Assembly: GCA_963677595.1 (NCBI GenBank)
Contig: OY782041.1
Location: 3,808,001-3,872,000 of the forward strand
Direction: 5' to 3'
DNA from: Spirochaetia bacterium
GTDB lineage: Bacteria > Spirochaetota > Spirochaetia > CAKZLE01
DNA length: 64,000 bases
Part shown: positions 18,669 through 27,529 of the stretch, piece after piece
Layout of the letters: every line of letters starts with the position of its first letter
Position numbering within the stretch: position 1 is the stretch's first letter
The notes under the pieces: generated by a model
Databases searched by the model: none
Seen by the model: only the letters and a program-made list of their open reading frames with translations
What the model was told of the DNA's origin: nothing
Position numbers and translations under genes: made by a program

Positions 18669-20137
18669 TACTGCTCATACTTGTTGACATCAGGTTCGAA
18701 GCCAAGAACACAGAACTCATTCTCCTCCTGGGCTTTCTTGAAGGCGACCTCGGTCTCGTAGAGGATGGTCTCAGAATCCACATAGCGGTTGAACTTGCTC
18801 GTATACCCTGCCCTGAAGGAGGTCGATCTCTGGATCAGCTCCTTCTTGAGATGGTCATACAAGTTGAGCAGCTCCTTCTGGGTCTCGAAGAACGAGAAGA
18901 AGGGGAGAATGATCGCAAAGGTGTTGCTCTGGACATATTCGAAGATGAAAGCAGACTCATCGAAGAACTCACGGACCGAATCATCGAAGACAGAGAAATC
19001 GTTGGTGAACCTCCGTGGTTCGAGGTTAAGGATGATGAGCGATACCTCATACTTCTTCTTATTGGAATACTCGACCTCCTGCTGGAGCCGTTCATAGAAG
19101 TCACGATCCTCAGTGAACCGGGAATCGGTCGGCGGTGTGTATGGGGCGGAAGGTTCAGGGCGTACAGGCGCTTCCCTGAGCCGGCTCTGGTCTTTCACCT
19201 GCTCCCGGGCTTCCGGCAGCTCCTCTGCCTGGTTCCTGCGTTCCTCTTCGTATCGTTCTTCCGGCACCTCGACCGGCTGTGGTGCCGCTGGCTCCTGGAC
19301 TGGGGGAGCCTGGAAAGCTTCCTGTTCCACCTTCGGGGCCTGAGGGAGTGGAGCACCTGCATGGTCGGGCAGGTGAATATGCTGTACCGGCTGCGGCTGC
19401 TGGCCGTTGGACATCATCGGCATGTAGGCGATCCCGTCCTGGTAGATGATCGGCTGGGTATAGACCGGGATATACTGGATCGAGCTGCCTGGAGGATAGA
19501 CGACCTGCTGCGGGTGGACGGTTGACGGTTCTGTATCGTGTGCCTCCTTCTGCGGGGCGAGGTCTGGTTCATCCCTCAGGTTCAGGTAGTCGATCTCCTC
19601 AGGGGTGAGGTCATCTGAGAAGATCCTTCTCTCATCATTGACTTCCCGAGCCGGCTCGGGTTTTGGTTCCGGTCTTGGTGCAGGCTTCGGCCTGGCCTGT
19701 ACCGGTTCCGGCTGCCGGGCAAACACCTGCGAGGACTTGAAGGTGAAGGTCTTCTCCGGTTCCGGAGCCTGAGGCACCGGCTCCTTCGGCTTGACTGGCT
19801 GTTTCTCTGAGACAGCAGCCTCCTGTCGTGGTTCCTCAGGGAGGTCTAGGGAGTAGAAGTTCGACCTGGCTAGGTTGGTGTGAGGTACGGATATTGGCTT
19901 CTTCGACTCAGCTGACTCCTTACCTTTCGATATGAGCAGCAGCACCGTCGAAAGGAACAGGATCAGGAAAATGGGCCCCACCCGCCAGGAGAGTTCCTTC
20001 AGGTCGGCGAGCGGGATGAGGCTGAATCCGCCGTAATGGCTCATAGAACCGTAGAGGTGGACGCCGGTGTAGGAGATCGTCCCTACCAGTATGAATGCAA
20101 CGAGAAAGGTGAAGAACTCTTTAACTTTGGTAGTCAT
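18659..20137 (-). CDS. membrane-anchored protein with Pro/Glu/Gln-rich linker and C-terminal degenerate GGDEF-like domain
   Basis: Two N-terminal TM segments, long low-complexity linker, C-terminus FYERLQQEVEYS..VSLIILNL..IFEYVQSNTFAIILP..AFKKAQ with GGDEF-like spacing but no GG[D/E]EF. Confidence 0.65.
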   Translation of the reverse strand: MTTKVKEFFTFLVAFILVGTISYTGVHLYGSMSHYGGFSLIPLADLKELSWRVGPIFLILFLSTVLLLISKGKESAESKKPISVPHTNLARSNFYSLDLPEEPRQEAAVSEKQPVKPKEPVPQAPEPEKTFTFKSSQVFARQPEPVQARPKPAPRPEPKPEPAREVNDERRIFSDDLTPEEIDYLNLRDEPDLAPQKEAHDTEPSTVHPQQVVYPPGSSIQYIPVYTQPIIYQDGIAYMPMMSNGQQPQPVQHIHLPDHAGAPLPQAPKVEQEAFQAPPVQEPAAPQPVEVPEERYEEERRNQAEELPEAREQVKDQSRLREAPVRPEPSAPYTPPTDSRFTEDRDFYERLQQEVEYSNKKKYEVSLIILNLEPRRFTNDFSVFDDSVREFFDESAFIFEYVQSNTFAIILPFFSFFETQKELLNLYDHLKKELIQRSTSFRAGYTSKFNRYVDSETILYETEVAFKKAQEENEFCVLGFEPDVNKYEQYYT

Positions 20138-20138
20138 G

Positions 20139-20729
20139 TCAGATGTCCCTTATCGCGAGTATGGCTTGTAGAAGGCGTTTGAAGGAGGGTTGATCTGCCA
20201 GTTCCGCCTTCCCGTTCTCAGAGAGATTATCAAACTGGGAGAGCAGTTTCCTGATCGTCTCCTGGACCGCAGCGAGATTGTTCTTATGGGAACCGGAATA
20301 CTGGCGTACGAGATCCTCTTCGAGTTCATCAAGGAAATCAGCATCCGTGAACATGTCGGACAGGCGATCCGGCTTTTCGTCCCGCTGTCGTTGATGATGA
20401 CCTTCCTCCCGGCTCTTCGAAGGGAAAGAATCGAAGATACTTGAGGTCTTCATAAGCTCATCGAGGTCTTCATCGTCAACTTCCTCTAACGGTTCCGGGG
20501 CCGGTCTGGTGCGGTGCCTGGGAGGCTCAGGTGCCTCAGGCTCACTGAGATTCTTAGATTTCTCTTTGAGAGAGTTTATCAGGTTGTCGAGATTTTCAAA
20601 ATTCTCATCCTCGGTATAATCTGGTGTTTTATGCTTGAACTGTTCGTCCTCGATATTCGAGGAGTCGATGCGTTTGAATGTACCATATAATCCAGGATAG
20701 TTTTGTTTTTTACTTTTATACACCTTCAA
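20139..20729 (-). CDS. acidic hypothetical protein
   Basis: 196-aa ORF, TTG start with GGAG upstream, stop 1 nt before the next gene's start; no recognisable motif. Confidence 0.65.
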   Translation of the reverse strand: MKVYKSKKQNYPGLYGTFKRIDSSNIEDEQFKHKTPDYTEDENFENLDNLINSLKEKSKNLSEPEAPEPPRHRTRPAPEPLEEVDDEDLDELMKTSSIFDSFPSKSREEGHHQRQRDEKPDRLSDMFTDADFLDELEEDLVRQYSGSHKNNLAAVQETIRKLLSQFDNLSENGKAELADQPSFKRLLQAILAIRDI

Positions 20730-20791
20730 ACTCCACTAAACTACGGATATAGTATATCATAGTTATTATAAAAAAAAAGACAATAACCTGT

Positions 20792-21232
20792 ATGAATAAA
20801 GCGCTTATTTTGACCAGTATAGCCATCTCACTGCTTATTTATTCACTTGGGCTCATGATATACGGCCCGTTTGGCCTGATTGGCACCAGGCTGCTCGAAG
20901 AGGAGCAGGCTTACCTGGAATCCCGTCTCGAAGGGGTCGAGGAAGAGCATCGGGAGCTTGAGACCGAACGTCAGCGACTCAGCGATGATGAGTACGTGCA
21001 AGCCCTGGCCCAGGAGTATGGGAACACTGCAGGGGAGAGGGTCATCTTCTTCCCCGGGGCCGGCGATGACCAGGATCAGACAGTCCCGGATGCTGGGGAA
21101 CGAACCTTCTCGCGGGAAGCCCCTCCCTCCAACACCCTGCTGATAGCTGTATCAGCAGCCGCCGGGCTGATCGTCTTCACGGTGGGTTCACTCATCCTTC
21201 ACCGGAGACAGAAGCGGGCTTCCCATTCCTGA
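20792..21232 (+). CDS. septum formation initiator family protein (FtsB/DivIC-like)
   Basis: TM ending in YGPFGL, coiled coil, DDEYVQALAQEYG...GERVIFF; extra C-terminal TM. Confidence 0.75.
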   Translation: MNKALILTSIAISLLIYSLGLMIYGPFGLIGTRLLEEEQAYLESRLEGVEEEHRELETERQRLSDDEYVQALAQEYGNTAGERVIFFPGAGDDQDQTVPDAGERTFSREAPPSNTLLIAVSAAAGLIVFTVGSLILHRRQKRASHS

Positions 21233-21239
21233 GAAGCCC
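21216..21239. terminator. hairpin at the ftsB-like 3' end, between convergent genes
   Basis: GGGCTTC...GAAGCCC inverted repeat; no strong U-tract. Confidence 0.35.
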
Positions 21240-21271
21240 TGCCTTCAATGCCTTATACGAGAAGTATCACC

Positions 21272-22609
21272 CTAGCGCGTGATCTTCCTTCCCTCGATAT
21301 AGAAACGCTTCTCATAGTCCTCTCCCATGGAGAAGGTCTTTCTCGGCAGCGCACCGTCATGGATGATCGAGGAGAAGAAGCTGTGCTTGGAGATACCCGG
21401 CAGGAAGATACCCACATTGCCGGGCTTCATTCCCAGGCTGGAAGTGACCTGCAGCCCGTGCGTATAGTCTATTGCCGCCCCTGAAGATGCCACGTAGGCA
21501 TCGAGGGTCTTCTGCAGGGTCCCGGCGACGATCTGCGACTCAGCACCGGCAACCTTCACGATGCTGCAGATCCCGGACTCATCGACGATCCCGAAATACT
21601 GGTATTCGTCCTCGGTATGGATCAGGGAGTACATCTCATCCAGGGTCTGACAGGTCTGCGTCTCATAGCTCTCGCAGTTCCGCTTGAGCTCCTCCAGGAT
21701 AGCGGTACGATTCGCGCCGAAGAGTACGCGATGGATGGGCTCGAACTCGAGGCCCTCATCGAAGATGTTCTCCAGCTCCACCAGTGCGAACCTGGCTGGA
21801 TGGTCCTCCATCTCTTCAGCTGTCAGTCCACCCTTGATGTCCTCCCAGCATGATTTAGCCGTTGCCAGAGAATGGTTCCCGTCACCCATGGCGAAGAGCA
21901 GCAGGTCATCCTTGCCATGTTTCTGGCTGAAAACCTCCCGGTCAGCGAGGGTGCTGAACGCATCAGCGACCATGCTGAGGTCCCCAGGCTGGTTGACCGC
22001 ATAGGCGGTGATCCTCCCGCTGTCCTTCATGAGCTTGAAATCATAGACCTTCTCGAGATCATCCTTCTTCGCAGCAAGCGGTTCGATGATCGAACGTTTC
22101 TCATCATCGATGAGCACGATGATATGGGGGAATTCCAGGGGGGCATCCTTCCTGATACGCTTTCTCGGAGGGATTCGCTCGATGATGGTCCCCTCCGTTG
22201 CACGGATGAGACTGGTCGAGTCCGCTGAGTAGTCATACAGTTCCAAATCGAGGGCAGCCACGAGACCCCACCTGCCGAAATCCTCTTTCGTCTCGCGGTA
22301 GACAAGAAAGAAAGACTCCGGATAGGAGCGGAAGATATCGCTGGAGAGGTACTCACGCATCTTGGCATTGATGGCGGCGATCCGGGTCTCCGGGTCAGCC
22401 TCTTCCAGGTAGCATTCAGGATAGATGAGGTTCAGCGTTGACGGTGCATCCCCTGCGATCTCGGCGACTGATTGCCAATATGCAGGTTCTGACGTATACT
22501 GGTCGCAGGCCACTACAGCCCACGTTTGGAGATCGATTTCTTCATTCGGGATGAGTATGGTTGGTATATGGACCCCTAATGATTTGAGCTTTTTCGTATA
22601 ATCATTCAT
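21272..22609 (-). CDS. DUF1015 family protein
   Basis: WAVVACDQYTSEP, IRATEGTIIERIPPR, FAMGDGNHSLATAK, FEPIHRVLF, LPRKTFSMG. Confidence 0.9.
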   Translation of the reverse strand: MNDYTKKLKSLGVHIPTILIPNEEIDLQTWAVVACDQYTSEPAYWQSVAEIAGDAPSTLNLIYPECYLEEADPETRIAAINAKMREYLSSDIFRSYPESFFLVYRETKEDFGRWGLVAALDLELYDYSADSTSLIRATEGTIIERIPPRKRIRKDAPLEFPHIIVLIDDEKRSIIEPLAAKKDDLEKVYDFKLMKDSGRITAYAVNQPGDLSMVADAFSTLADREVFSQKHGKDDLLLFAMGDGNHSLATAKSCWEDIKGGLTAEEMEDHPARFALVELENIFDEGLEFEPIHRVLFGANRTAILEELKRNCESYETQTCQTLDEMYSLIHTEDEYQYFGIVDESGICSIVKVAGAESQIVAGTLQKTLDAYVASSGAAIDYTHGLQVTSSLGMKPGNVGIFLPGISKHSFFSSIIHDGALPRKTFSMGEDYEKRFYIEGRKITR

Positions 22610-22713
22610 AATTGACTCCTTTATTTACATATATCACAAATTGTAGAATTAAAAATGATGTATACGGTATTATAAGATAATTTTAAAATTAAGCAAGTAG
22701 AGATTGGGAATTT

Positions 22714-23328
22714 ATGAAGAAAGCACTGATTTTTATCGGGGGCAGCGCCCCTCTCCTCGACGCCTACCGAAGCGAGCTCGAAGAATGCGATATCTGCATC
22801 GCGGCTGATTCCGGCTATGACATCGCCCTGCGCGACCACATAGCGATCGATCTCCTCCTCGGCGATATGGACTCCATTTCCGGGATTCCCGCTCCGGGAA
22901 CCTCGAGTAGGGAGTTCCCCAAGGACAAGGACCTCACTGACACGGAACTCGCCGTGGAGCATGTGCATGACCTTGAAGAAGAACATGAGATCGTCCTCAT
23001 CGGCGGCGGTGAGGGACGTTTCGACCACACCATGGCCCTCATATCGCTGTTCCTCCGCCCGTCCCCGCCAGTCCGCTGGTACACGGCTCTCGAGTGCCTC
23101 CACCTCATCACCTCTCCATGCGCATTCAGTAATGTCTCCGGAAAGACGATAGCACTGCTCGGGATCACCGAGGAGCCGGTACGCGTGTCGACGAAGGGAC
23201 TGTTCTGGGAACTGCAGGATTTCCCGCTCTCACTCAAGGATCAGAGCGTGAGCAACCGTGCCATCAGTGACACCTTCTCCGTGCGGCCGGAGGGAGGGAA
23301 GGGCATCCTCGTCAGTATCTCCTCCTGA
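22714..23328 (+). CDS. thiN: thiamine diphosphokinase
   Basis: IAADSGY, LGDMDS, KDLTDTELA, GGGEGRFDH, VSTKGLFWEL, VSN. Confidence 0.92.
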   Translation: MKKALIFIGGSAPLLDAYRSELEECDICIAADSGYDIALRDHIAIDLLLGDMDSISGIPAPGTSSREFPKDKDLTDTELAVEHVHDLEEEHEIVLIGGGEGRFDHTMALISLFLRPSPPVRWYTALECLHLITSPCAFSNVSGKTIALLGITEEPVRVSTKGLFWELQDFPLSLKDQSVSNRAISDTFSVRPEGGKGILVSISS

Positions 23329-23329
23329 A

Positions 23330-24133
23330 CTACGGCATATCCTGTTCGATCCGCAGGTACTCGAGCAGGACAGGGTACTGCGTCAGCAGCAGCCCGAAGT
23401 TCTGCAGTTTATCGAGGTAGAGCATGTTCTCCGTGACCGTGCCCGGTGCCTCTGCGATAGCCTGTGCAAGGGTCTCGTTCTTCAGGTTCACCATCTCCTC
23501 ATAGCTCTCGCGAGCCTGGGTATACAACTCGAAATCCGGCAGCCCGGTAAAGGTCACGGTGACCTCACTGATATCGAGTTCGGTGAAATAGGACCGCAGG
23601 CTCCCCATGAGGTGTCCCTCGATCCCGTCAGCCATACGTTCACGGTCTTCGGCAGACTCCAGGTCCCTGAAGTACTCCTGGAGGTACTCCCCGGCGACCG
23701 AACGGACCATCTGGTCCTTTGCGAGGAACCAGTTGATGCTGTTGTGCTCATCCAGTCCGTACCGACGCACCAGGTCGACTACTGCATCCTTGGCGATCGA
23801 GTAGGATACCGCGATATCGGCAGCATAGGAGAACTGAGGGTCCCCTAGACTCATCATCCGATAGATGTCAGCGGAGGGAAGCTCATCGGAGATATGCATA
23901 TCAACCCGGCGGCTGCTCGAGGGGACCTGGGTGATCTGTAGGTTCTTCGGGATCAGTGCCCAGCCGGACCAGGAGAAAGAGCCGGACTCGATCGGCTCTT
24001 CGGCATATCCGGCAGTCCTGGTATAGACGACCCCGTACATGTCCCGATCCAGATCATACTGTGTCCACCCGAAAAAGAAGACGACTCCTGATACGATGAG
24101 GATCAGGAACAGCCAGAATAGAAATCTCTTCAT
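23330..24133 (-). CDS. membrane-anchored hypothetical protein, possibly SPFH/band-7-like
   Basis: N-terminal TM, GVVYTRTAGY...GSFSWSGWALIP, C-terminal coiled coil. Confidence 0.65.
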   Translation of the reverse strand: MKRFLFWLFLILIVSGVVFFFGWTQYDLDRDMYGVVYTRTAGYAEEPIESGSFSWSGWALIPKNLQITQVPSSSRRVDMHISDELPSADIYRMMSLGDPQFSYAADIAVSYSIAKDAVVDLVRRYGLDEHNSINWFLAKDQMVRSVAGEYLQEYFRDLESAEDRERMADGIEGHLMGSLRSYFTELDISEVTVTFTGLPDFELYTQARESYEEMVNLKNETLAQAIAEAPGTVTENMLYLDKLQNFGLLLTQYPVLLEYLRIEQDMP

Positions 24134-24221
24134 AGTACTTCCCGTTAATTCTTGTTTCTACATTGTATCTTAGAAGTTTATCTACTTCAAATCAATAGAA
24201 AAAGTTGATAGAATAGGTCTC

Positions 24222-24542
24222 ATGAAAGCTTCCGGAGTCCTCAGGCTGCTCAAGGATATCGAATTATACCTCTTGTTCATCGTCTTCTTCTTCGCAGGCA
24301 TGTGGATGCTCATCCGCGGCAATGATCGCCTGTACGACTACTTCACGATGATCCACTACCTGATCTACCTCGTCTCGATCATGTATCTCGTGCTGACGGT
24401 ATCCTCGGTGTTCCTGACCTTCATGGAGATCTTCAGCCGGAAGCGGTTCGATGTGCTGCATATACTCTTCTGCCTGGCCACTACCGCCGTGATACTTGCA
24501 ATCGGCCTCTATTTCAGTACAATACGAACTCTCTATCAATAA
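24222..24542 (+). CDS. small hypothetical membrane protein (about 3 TM)
   Basis: 106 aa, three hydrophobic segments, upstream of the chorismate mutase. Confidence 0.65.
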   Translation: MKASGVLRLLKDIELYLLFIVFFFAGMWMLIRGNDRLYDYFTMIHYLIYLVSIMYLVLTVSSVFLTFMEIFSRKRFDVLHILFCLATTAVILAIGLYFSTIRTLYQ

Positions 24543-24569
24543 CGAAACCAGAGAAACGGAGCAAATACT

Positions 24570-24923
24570 ATGGTAAAAGCTATCAGGGGGGCTATCCAGG
24601 TCCCCGAGGACACGCCGGAGGCGATCAGGAAGGGGACGATGTACCTCTTTGGTGAGGTCATGGGCCGCAACGACCTCAAGACCGGGGAGGTCGTAAGCCT
24701 CATCATCAGCCAGACAGACGACCTCGCATCCTACAACCCGGCTACAGCCCTTCGTGAAGGCGGGGTCGAGGGGATCGTGCTCTTCTGCCTGCAGGAGCTC
24801 AAGATCACCGGGCAGCTGCCGAGGACCATCCGGTTCCTGCTCCATATAAACTGTGATGCCGAGAGGGCTGTCAGCCATGTCTACCTCGGGGGTGCGAAGG
24901 CCCTGAGACCGGACCTCGCATGA
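24570..24923 (+). CDS. aroH: chorismate mutase, AroH class
   Basis: AIRGAIQV, LFCLQEL, LPRTIRFLLH, HVYLGGAKALRPDL. Confidence 0.92.
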   Translation: MVKAIRGAIQVPEDTPEAIRKGTMYLFGEVMGRNDLKTGEVVSLIISQTDDLASYNPATALREGGVEGIVLFCLQELKITGQLPRTIRFLLHINCDAERAVSHVYLGGAKALRPDLA

Positions 24924-24994
24924 GAAGGAAGCAGCCTTGTTTGTAGGGCCGTGAACCCTAAGAACGGGGAATTTAGTATTTTGGTGCAACATAC

Positions 24995-25023
24995 TTGACA
25001 ATTTCAGGACGAATATGTACATT
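24995..25023 (+). promoter_or_regulatory. sigma70 promoter for tRNA-Thr
   Basis: TTGACA (24995-25000), 17 nt, TACATT (25018-25023). Confidence 0.75.
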
Positions 25024-25043
25024 ACCTAAGCATCAAAAACGAT

Positions 25044-25117
25044 GCCACCTTAGCTCAGCTGGCCAGAGCACGTGATTTGTAATCTCGGGGTCGTCAGTTC
25101 GAATCTGACAGGTGGCT
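25044..25117 (+). tRNA. tRNA-Thr (anticodon TGT), CCA not encoded
   Basis: Acceptor GCCACCT/AGGTGGC, D-arm GCTC/GAGC, loop TT-TGT-AA, T-arm GTCAG-TTCGAAT-CTGAC. Confidence 0.96.
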
Positions 25118-25119
25118 GA

Positions 25120-25148
25120 TTGACATTTTTAATGTTTTTTGTTACGTT
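25120..25148 (+). promoter_or_regulatory. second sigma70-like promoter, for tRNA-Tyr
   Basis: TTGACA (25120-25125), 17 nt, TACGTT (25143-25148). Confidence 0.55.
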
Positions 25149-25164
25149 GCTTAAACGTAAACCT

Positions 25165-25246
25165 GGGGAGGTTCCCGAGCGGTCAAAGGGGGCAGACTGT
25201 AAATCTGTTGGCTATGCCTTCGAAGGTTCGAATCCTTCTCTCCCCA
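25165..25246 (+). tRNA. tRNA-Tyr (anticodon GTA), long variable arm, CCA not encoded
   Basis: GGGGAGG/TCTCCCC acceptor, GCAGA-CT-GTA-AA-TCTGT, GAAGG-TTCGAAT-CCTTC. Confidence 0.97.
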
Positions 25247-25249
25247 TAT

Positions 25250-25281
25250 AAGTCTTTCATGCACGTGAAAGGCTTTTTTTT
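25250..25281 (+). terminator. intrinsic terminator after the tRNA pair
   Basis: AAGTCTTTCAT-GCAC-GTGAAAGGCTT followed by a T-run. Confidence 0.85.
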
Positions 25282-25306
25282 GCTCCGGCGACAAGAGAGG
25301 TGGCTT

Positions 25307-25747
25307 TTGAAGAGATTCTACGAAGACGGGCTGCGTTTCACCTGCAGACAATGCTCACATTGCTGCAAGGATGAACCCGGGTATGTGTTCCTCTCTGAAC
25401 AGGAGATGACCTCGATCGCAGGCCATCTCTCGATCAGCGAGGATGAGTTCATCCAGGAGTACTGCAAGACCGTCAATATGGGAACCTTCTCGATGATTAG
25501 CATCAGGGAGCGGAAGAACAACGACTGCATCTTCTTGAGTGAGGCAGGCTGTACGATCTACCCGGTCAGACCCGTACAGTGCAGGAGCTATCCCTTCTGG
25601 GCCTCTCTCGTTGATTCTGAAGAGGACTGGGAGCGAGAAGCTGGAGAATGTCCCGGCATGAACGAGGGAGAACTCCACTCCAGGGAAGAGATCGAAGGAT
25701 GGCTGCAGAAAAGACGGGAAAATCAGCCGAAGATGTTCTATAATTAA
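25307..25747 (+). CDS. YkgJ-family cysteine cluster protein
   Basis: GLRFTCRQCSHCC, CIFL, CTIYPVRPVQCRSYPFW, ECPGM; start inferred at TTG 25307 after GAGGTGG because the ORF-track start runs through tRNA-Tyr. Confidence 0.88.
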   Translation: MKRFYEDGLRFTCRQCSHCCKDEPGYVFLSEQEMTSIAGHLSISEDEFIQEYCKTVNMGTFSMISIRERKNNDCIFLSEAGCTIYPVRPVQCRSYPFWASLVDSEEDWEREAGECPGMNEGELHSREEIEGWLQKRRENQPKMFYN

Positions 25748-25753
25748 GGGTGT

Positions 25754-27529
25754 ATGGGCAGGATTCCTGATTATATCTTAGAACAGATCAAGGATAGGGT
25801 ACCGCTATCCGATGTCATCTCGGACTATGTCACCCTCAGGTCGAAGGGGGGACAGCTCTGGGGACTTTGTCCATTCCATGACGAGAAGTCCCCTTCGTTC
25901 ACCGTGCATGATGACAAGGGCTATTACCACTGTTTCGGCTGCGGCAAGGGCGGTTCTCATTTCAACTTCCTCATGGATATCGAACACATCACCTTCATCG
26001 AGGCTGTTCAGAAACTCGCCGACCGTGCAGGCGTGGAACTGCAGGACGAGACTCCTGAGATGCGCGAGAAGCGGTCTGACAAACAGGCGATGTACGAGCT
26101 CTATAACCGGCTCGCTTCGAGCTTCCACTATATCCTGAACCACAAGGATGAGGCTGCGCACACACGCGAGTACCTCAGTTCCCGGAAGATCTCGAAAGAG
26201 ACGATCAAGGACTACCAGCTCGGTTATGCCCCAGCCGACCCCGATTGGCTCTACCGGTTCCTCAAGGGCAAGAAGTACGAGGAGGAGTTCCTGGCAAAAT
26301 GCGGTATCTTCTCCCGCAACAACCCCAGGTACCCCATCTTCAGGGACCGCCTCATGTTCCCGATCAGGGACCAGTCGGGGAACGTCATAGCCTTCGGCGG
26401 GAGGGCACTCGATGCCGGGAACTCCGCGAAATACCTCAATTCCCCGGAGACCCTGATCTACCATAAGCGGGAAGCCCTCTTCAGCCTCCACCAGAGCCTT
26501 CCCGGGATCAAGAAGGAGGACTCGTTCATCATCTGTGAGGGGTATTTCGATGTCATGGCCCTCTATGAGGCAGGGATCACCAACTGTGTGGCACCGCTCG
26601 GGACCGCTTTCACCGAGGAGCAGGCGAAGCGGCTCAACCGCTATGCTTCGAGGGGGATCCTGCTCTTCGATTCAGACCATGCCGGGGTACAGGCCACCCT
26701 CAAGGCCATAACGATCCTGGAATCTCTCGGTATCGAGTCAGAAGTGATCACCATCGAGGACAAGGATCCGGCTGAGATATTGCAAAATAGTGATATCGGA
26801 TTGTTGAAAAATATTCGCAAAAAGAGTATAAATAGTTTTACGTATATGATTAATAAGGCGAAAGATACCTACGATATCAGGACGCCGAACGGTAAACTAT
26901 CTGTTTTTAATGAGGTAAGGCCATATTTAGAAGCTGTTACATCGGAAATAAAACTTTCCAGCTCAATCAAGACGCTCGCTGAGATCATTGATGTCGATGA
27001 ACGGACCATCCTGCAGGACCTGTCCAAGCAGTCCGGTCCACGAATCGATCAGCAGGATTCTCGTGGGCGTTCAGCTGTGCAGGAAGACCATGGAGCAGTC
27101 TCCAACGAGCTCTACCTGATGATGGTAATCATCCATAATCGGGAATACTTCCATGAGGTGCGCAGGCAGCTGAAGATCTCCGATTTCGAGGATTGGCGGG
27201 CAGCTGATATCTATACAGCCCTGGAGGAGGCTTTCAGAGAGGGTGAGACGAGCTTCGAGAACCTGGTCCTTCGCATCGAGCATGATGCGGTACGGGACTA
27301 TGTCCTCGAGCATTACGGGTCTGACCAGTATGTGACCAATGCGCAGAATATCATCGGCGATATGCTGAAACGGTTCAGGATCGTCAAGCTGGAGCAGAAG
27401 AGGAAGTCCGTCATATCCCGTATTCGGGTAGAGGAACGGTCTGAACATGCAGATATCCAGGTATTGCAGGATCTTCTCTATGAGAAGAAGTTCATAGATG
27501 AAGAAATAGGACGAATAAGGAATAGTTAA
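25754..27529 (+). CDS. dnaG: DNA primase
   Basis: [17 protein letters not shown] zinc finger, [36 protein letters not shown]. Confidence 0.98.
   Translation: MGRIPDYILEQIKDRVPLSDVISDYVTLRSKGGQLWGLCPFHDEKSPSFTVHDDKGYYHCFGCGKGGSHFNFLMDIEHITFIEAVQKLADRAGVELQDETPEMREKRSDKQAMYELYNRLASSFHYILNHKDEAAHTREYLSSRKISKETIKDYQLGYAPADPDWLYRFLKGKKYEEEFLAKCGIFSRNNPRYPIFRDRLMFPIRDQSGNVIAFGGRALDAGNSAKYLNSPETLIYHKREALFSLHQSLPGIKKEDSFIICEGYFDVMALYEAGITNCVAPLGTAFTEEQAKRLNRYASRGILLFDSDHAGVQATLKAITILESLGIESEVITIEDKDPAEILQNSDIGLLKNIRKKSINSFTYMINKAKDTYDIRTPNGKLSVFNEVRPYLEAVTSEIKLSSSIKTLAEIIDVDERTILQDLSKQSGPRIDQQDSRGRSAVQEDHGAVSNELYLMMVIIHNREYFHEVRRQLKISDFEDWRAADIYTALEEAFREGETSFENLVLRIEHDAVRDYVLEHYGSDQYVTNAQNIIGDMLKRFRIVKLEQKRKSVISRIRVEERSEHADIQVLQDLLYEKKFIDEEIGRIRNS
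26804..26832 (+). promoter_or_regulatory. candidate internal sigma70 promoter inside dnaG (for rpoD)
   Basis: TTGAAA, 17 nt, TATAAA within a locally AT-rich patch of dnaG. Confidence 0.5.

Noticed and set aside
22610-22713. Very AT-rich intergenic tract; possible TPP riboswitch before thiN or replication origin
   Set aside because: No GCTGAGA TPP core and no DnaA-box cluster; consistent with divergent promoters
24995-25300. tRNA-associated integration site or island
   Set aside because: No integrase, no duplicated tRNA 3' end seen, core genes on both sides
25139-25306. N-terminal extension of the YkgJ ORF
   Set aside because: Runs through tRNA-Tyr and its terminator
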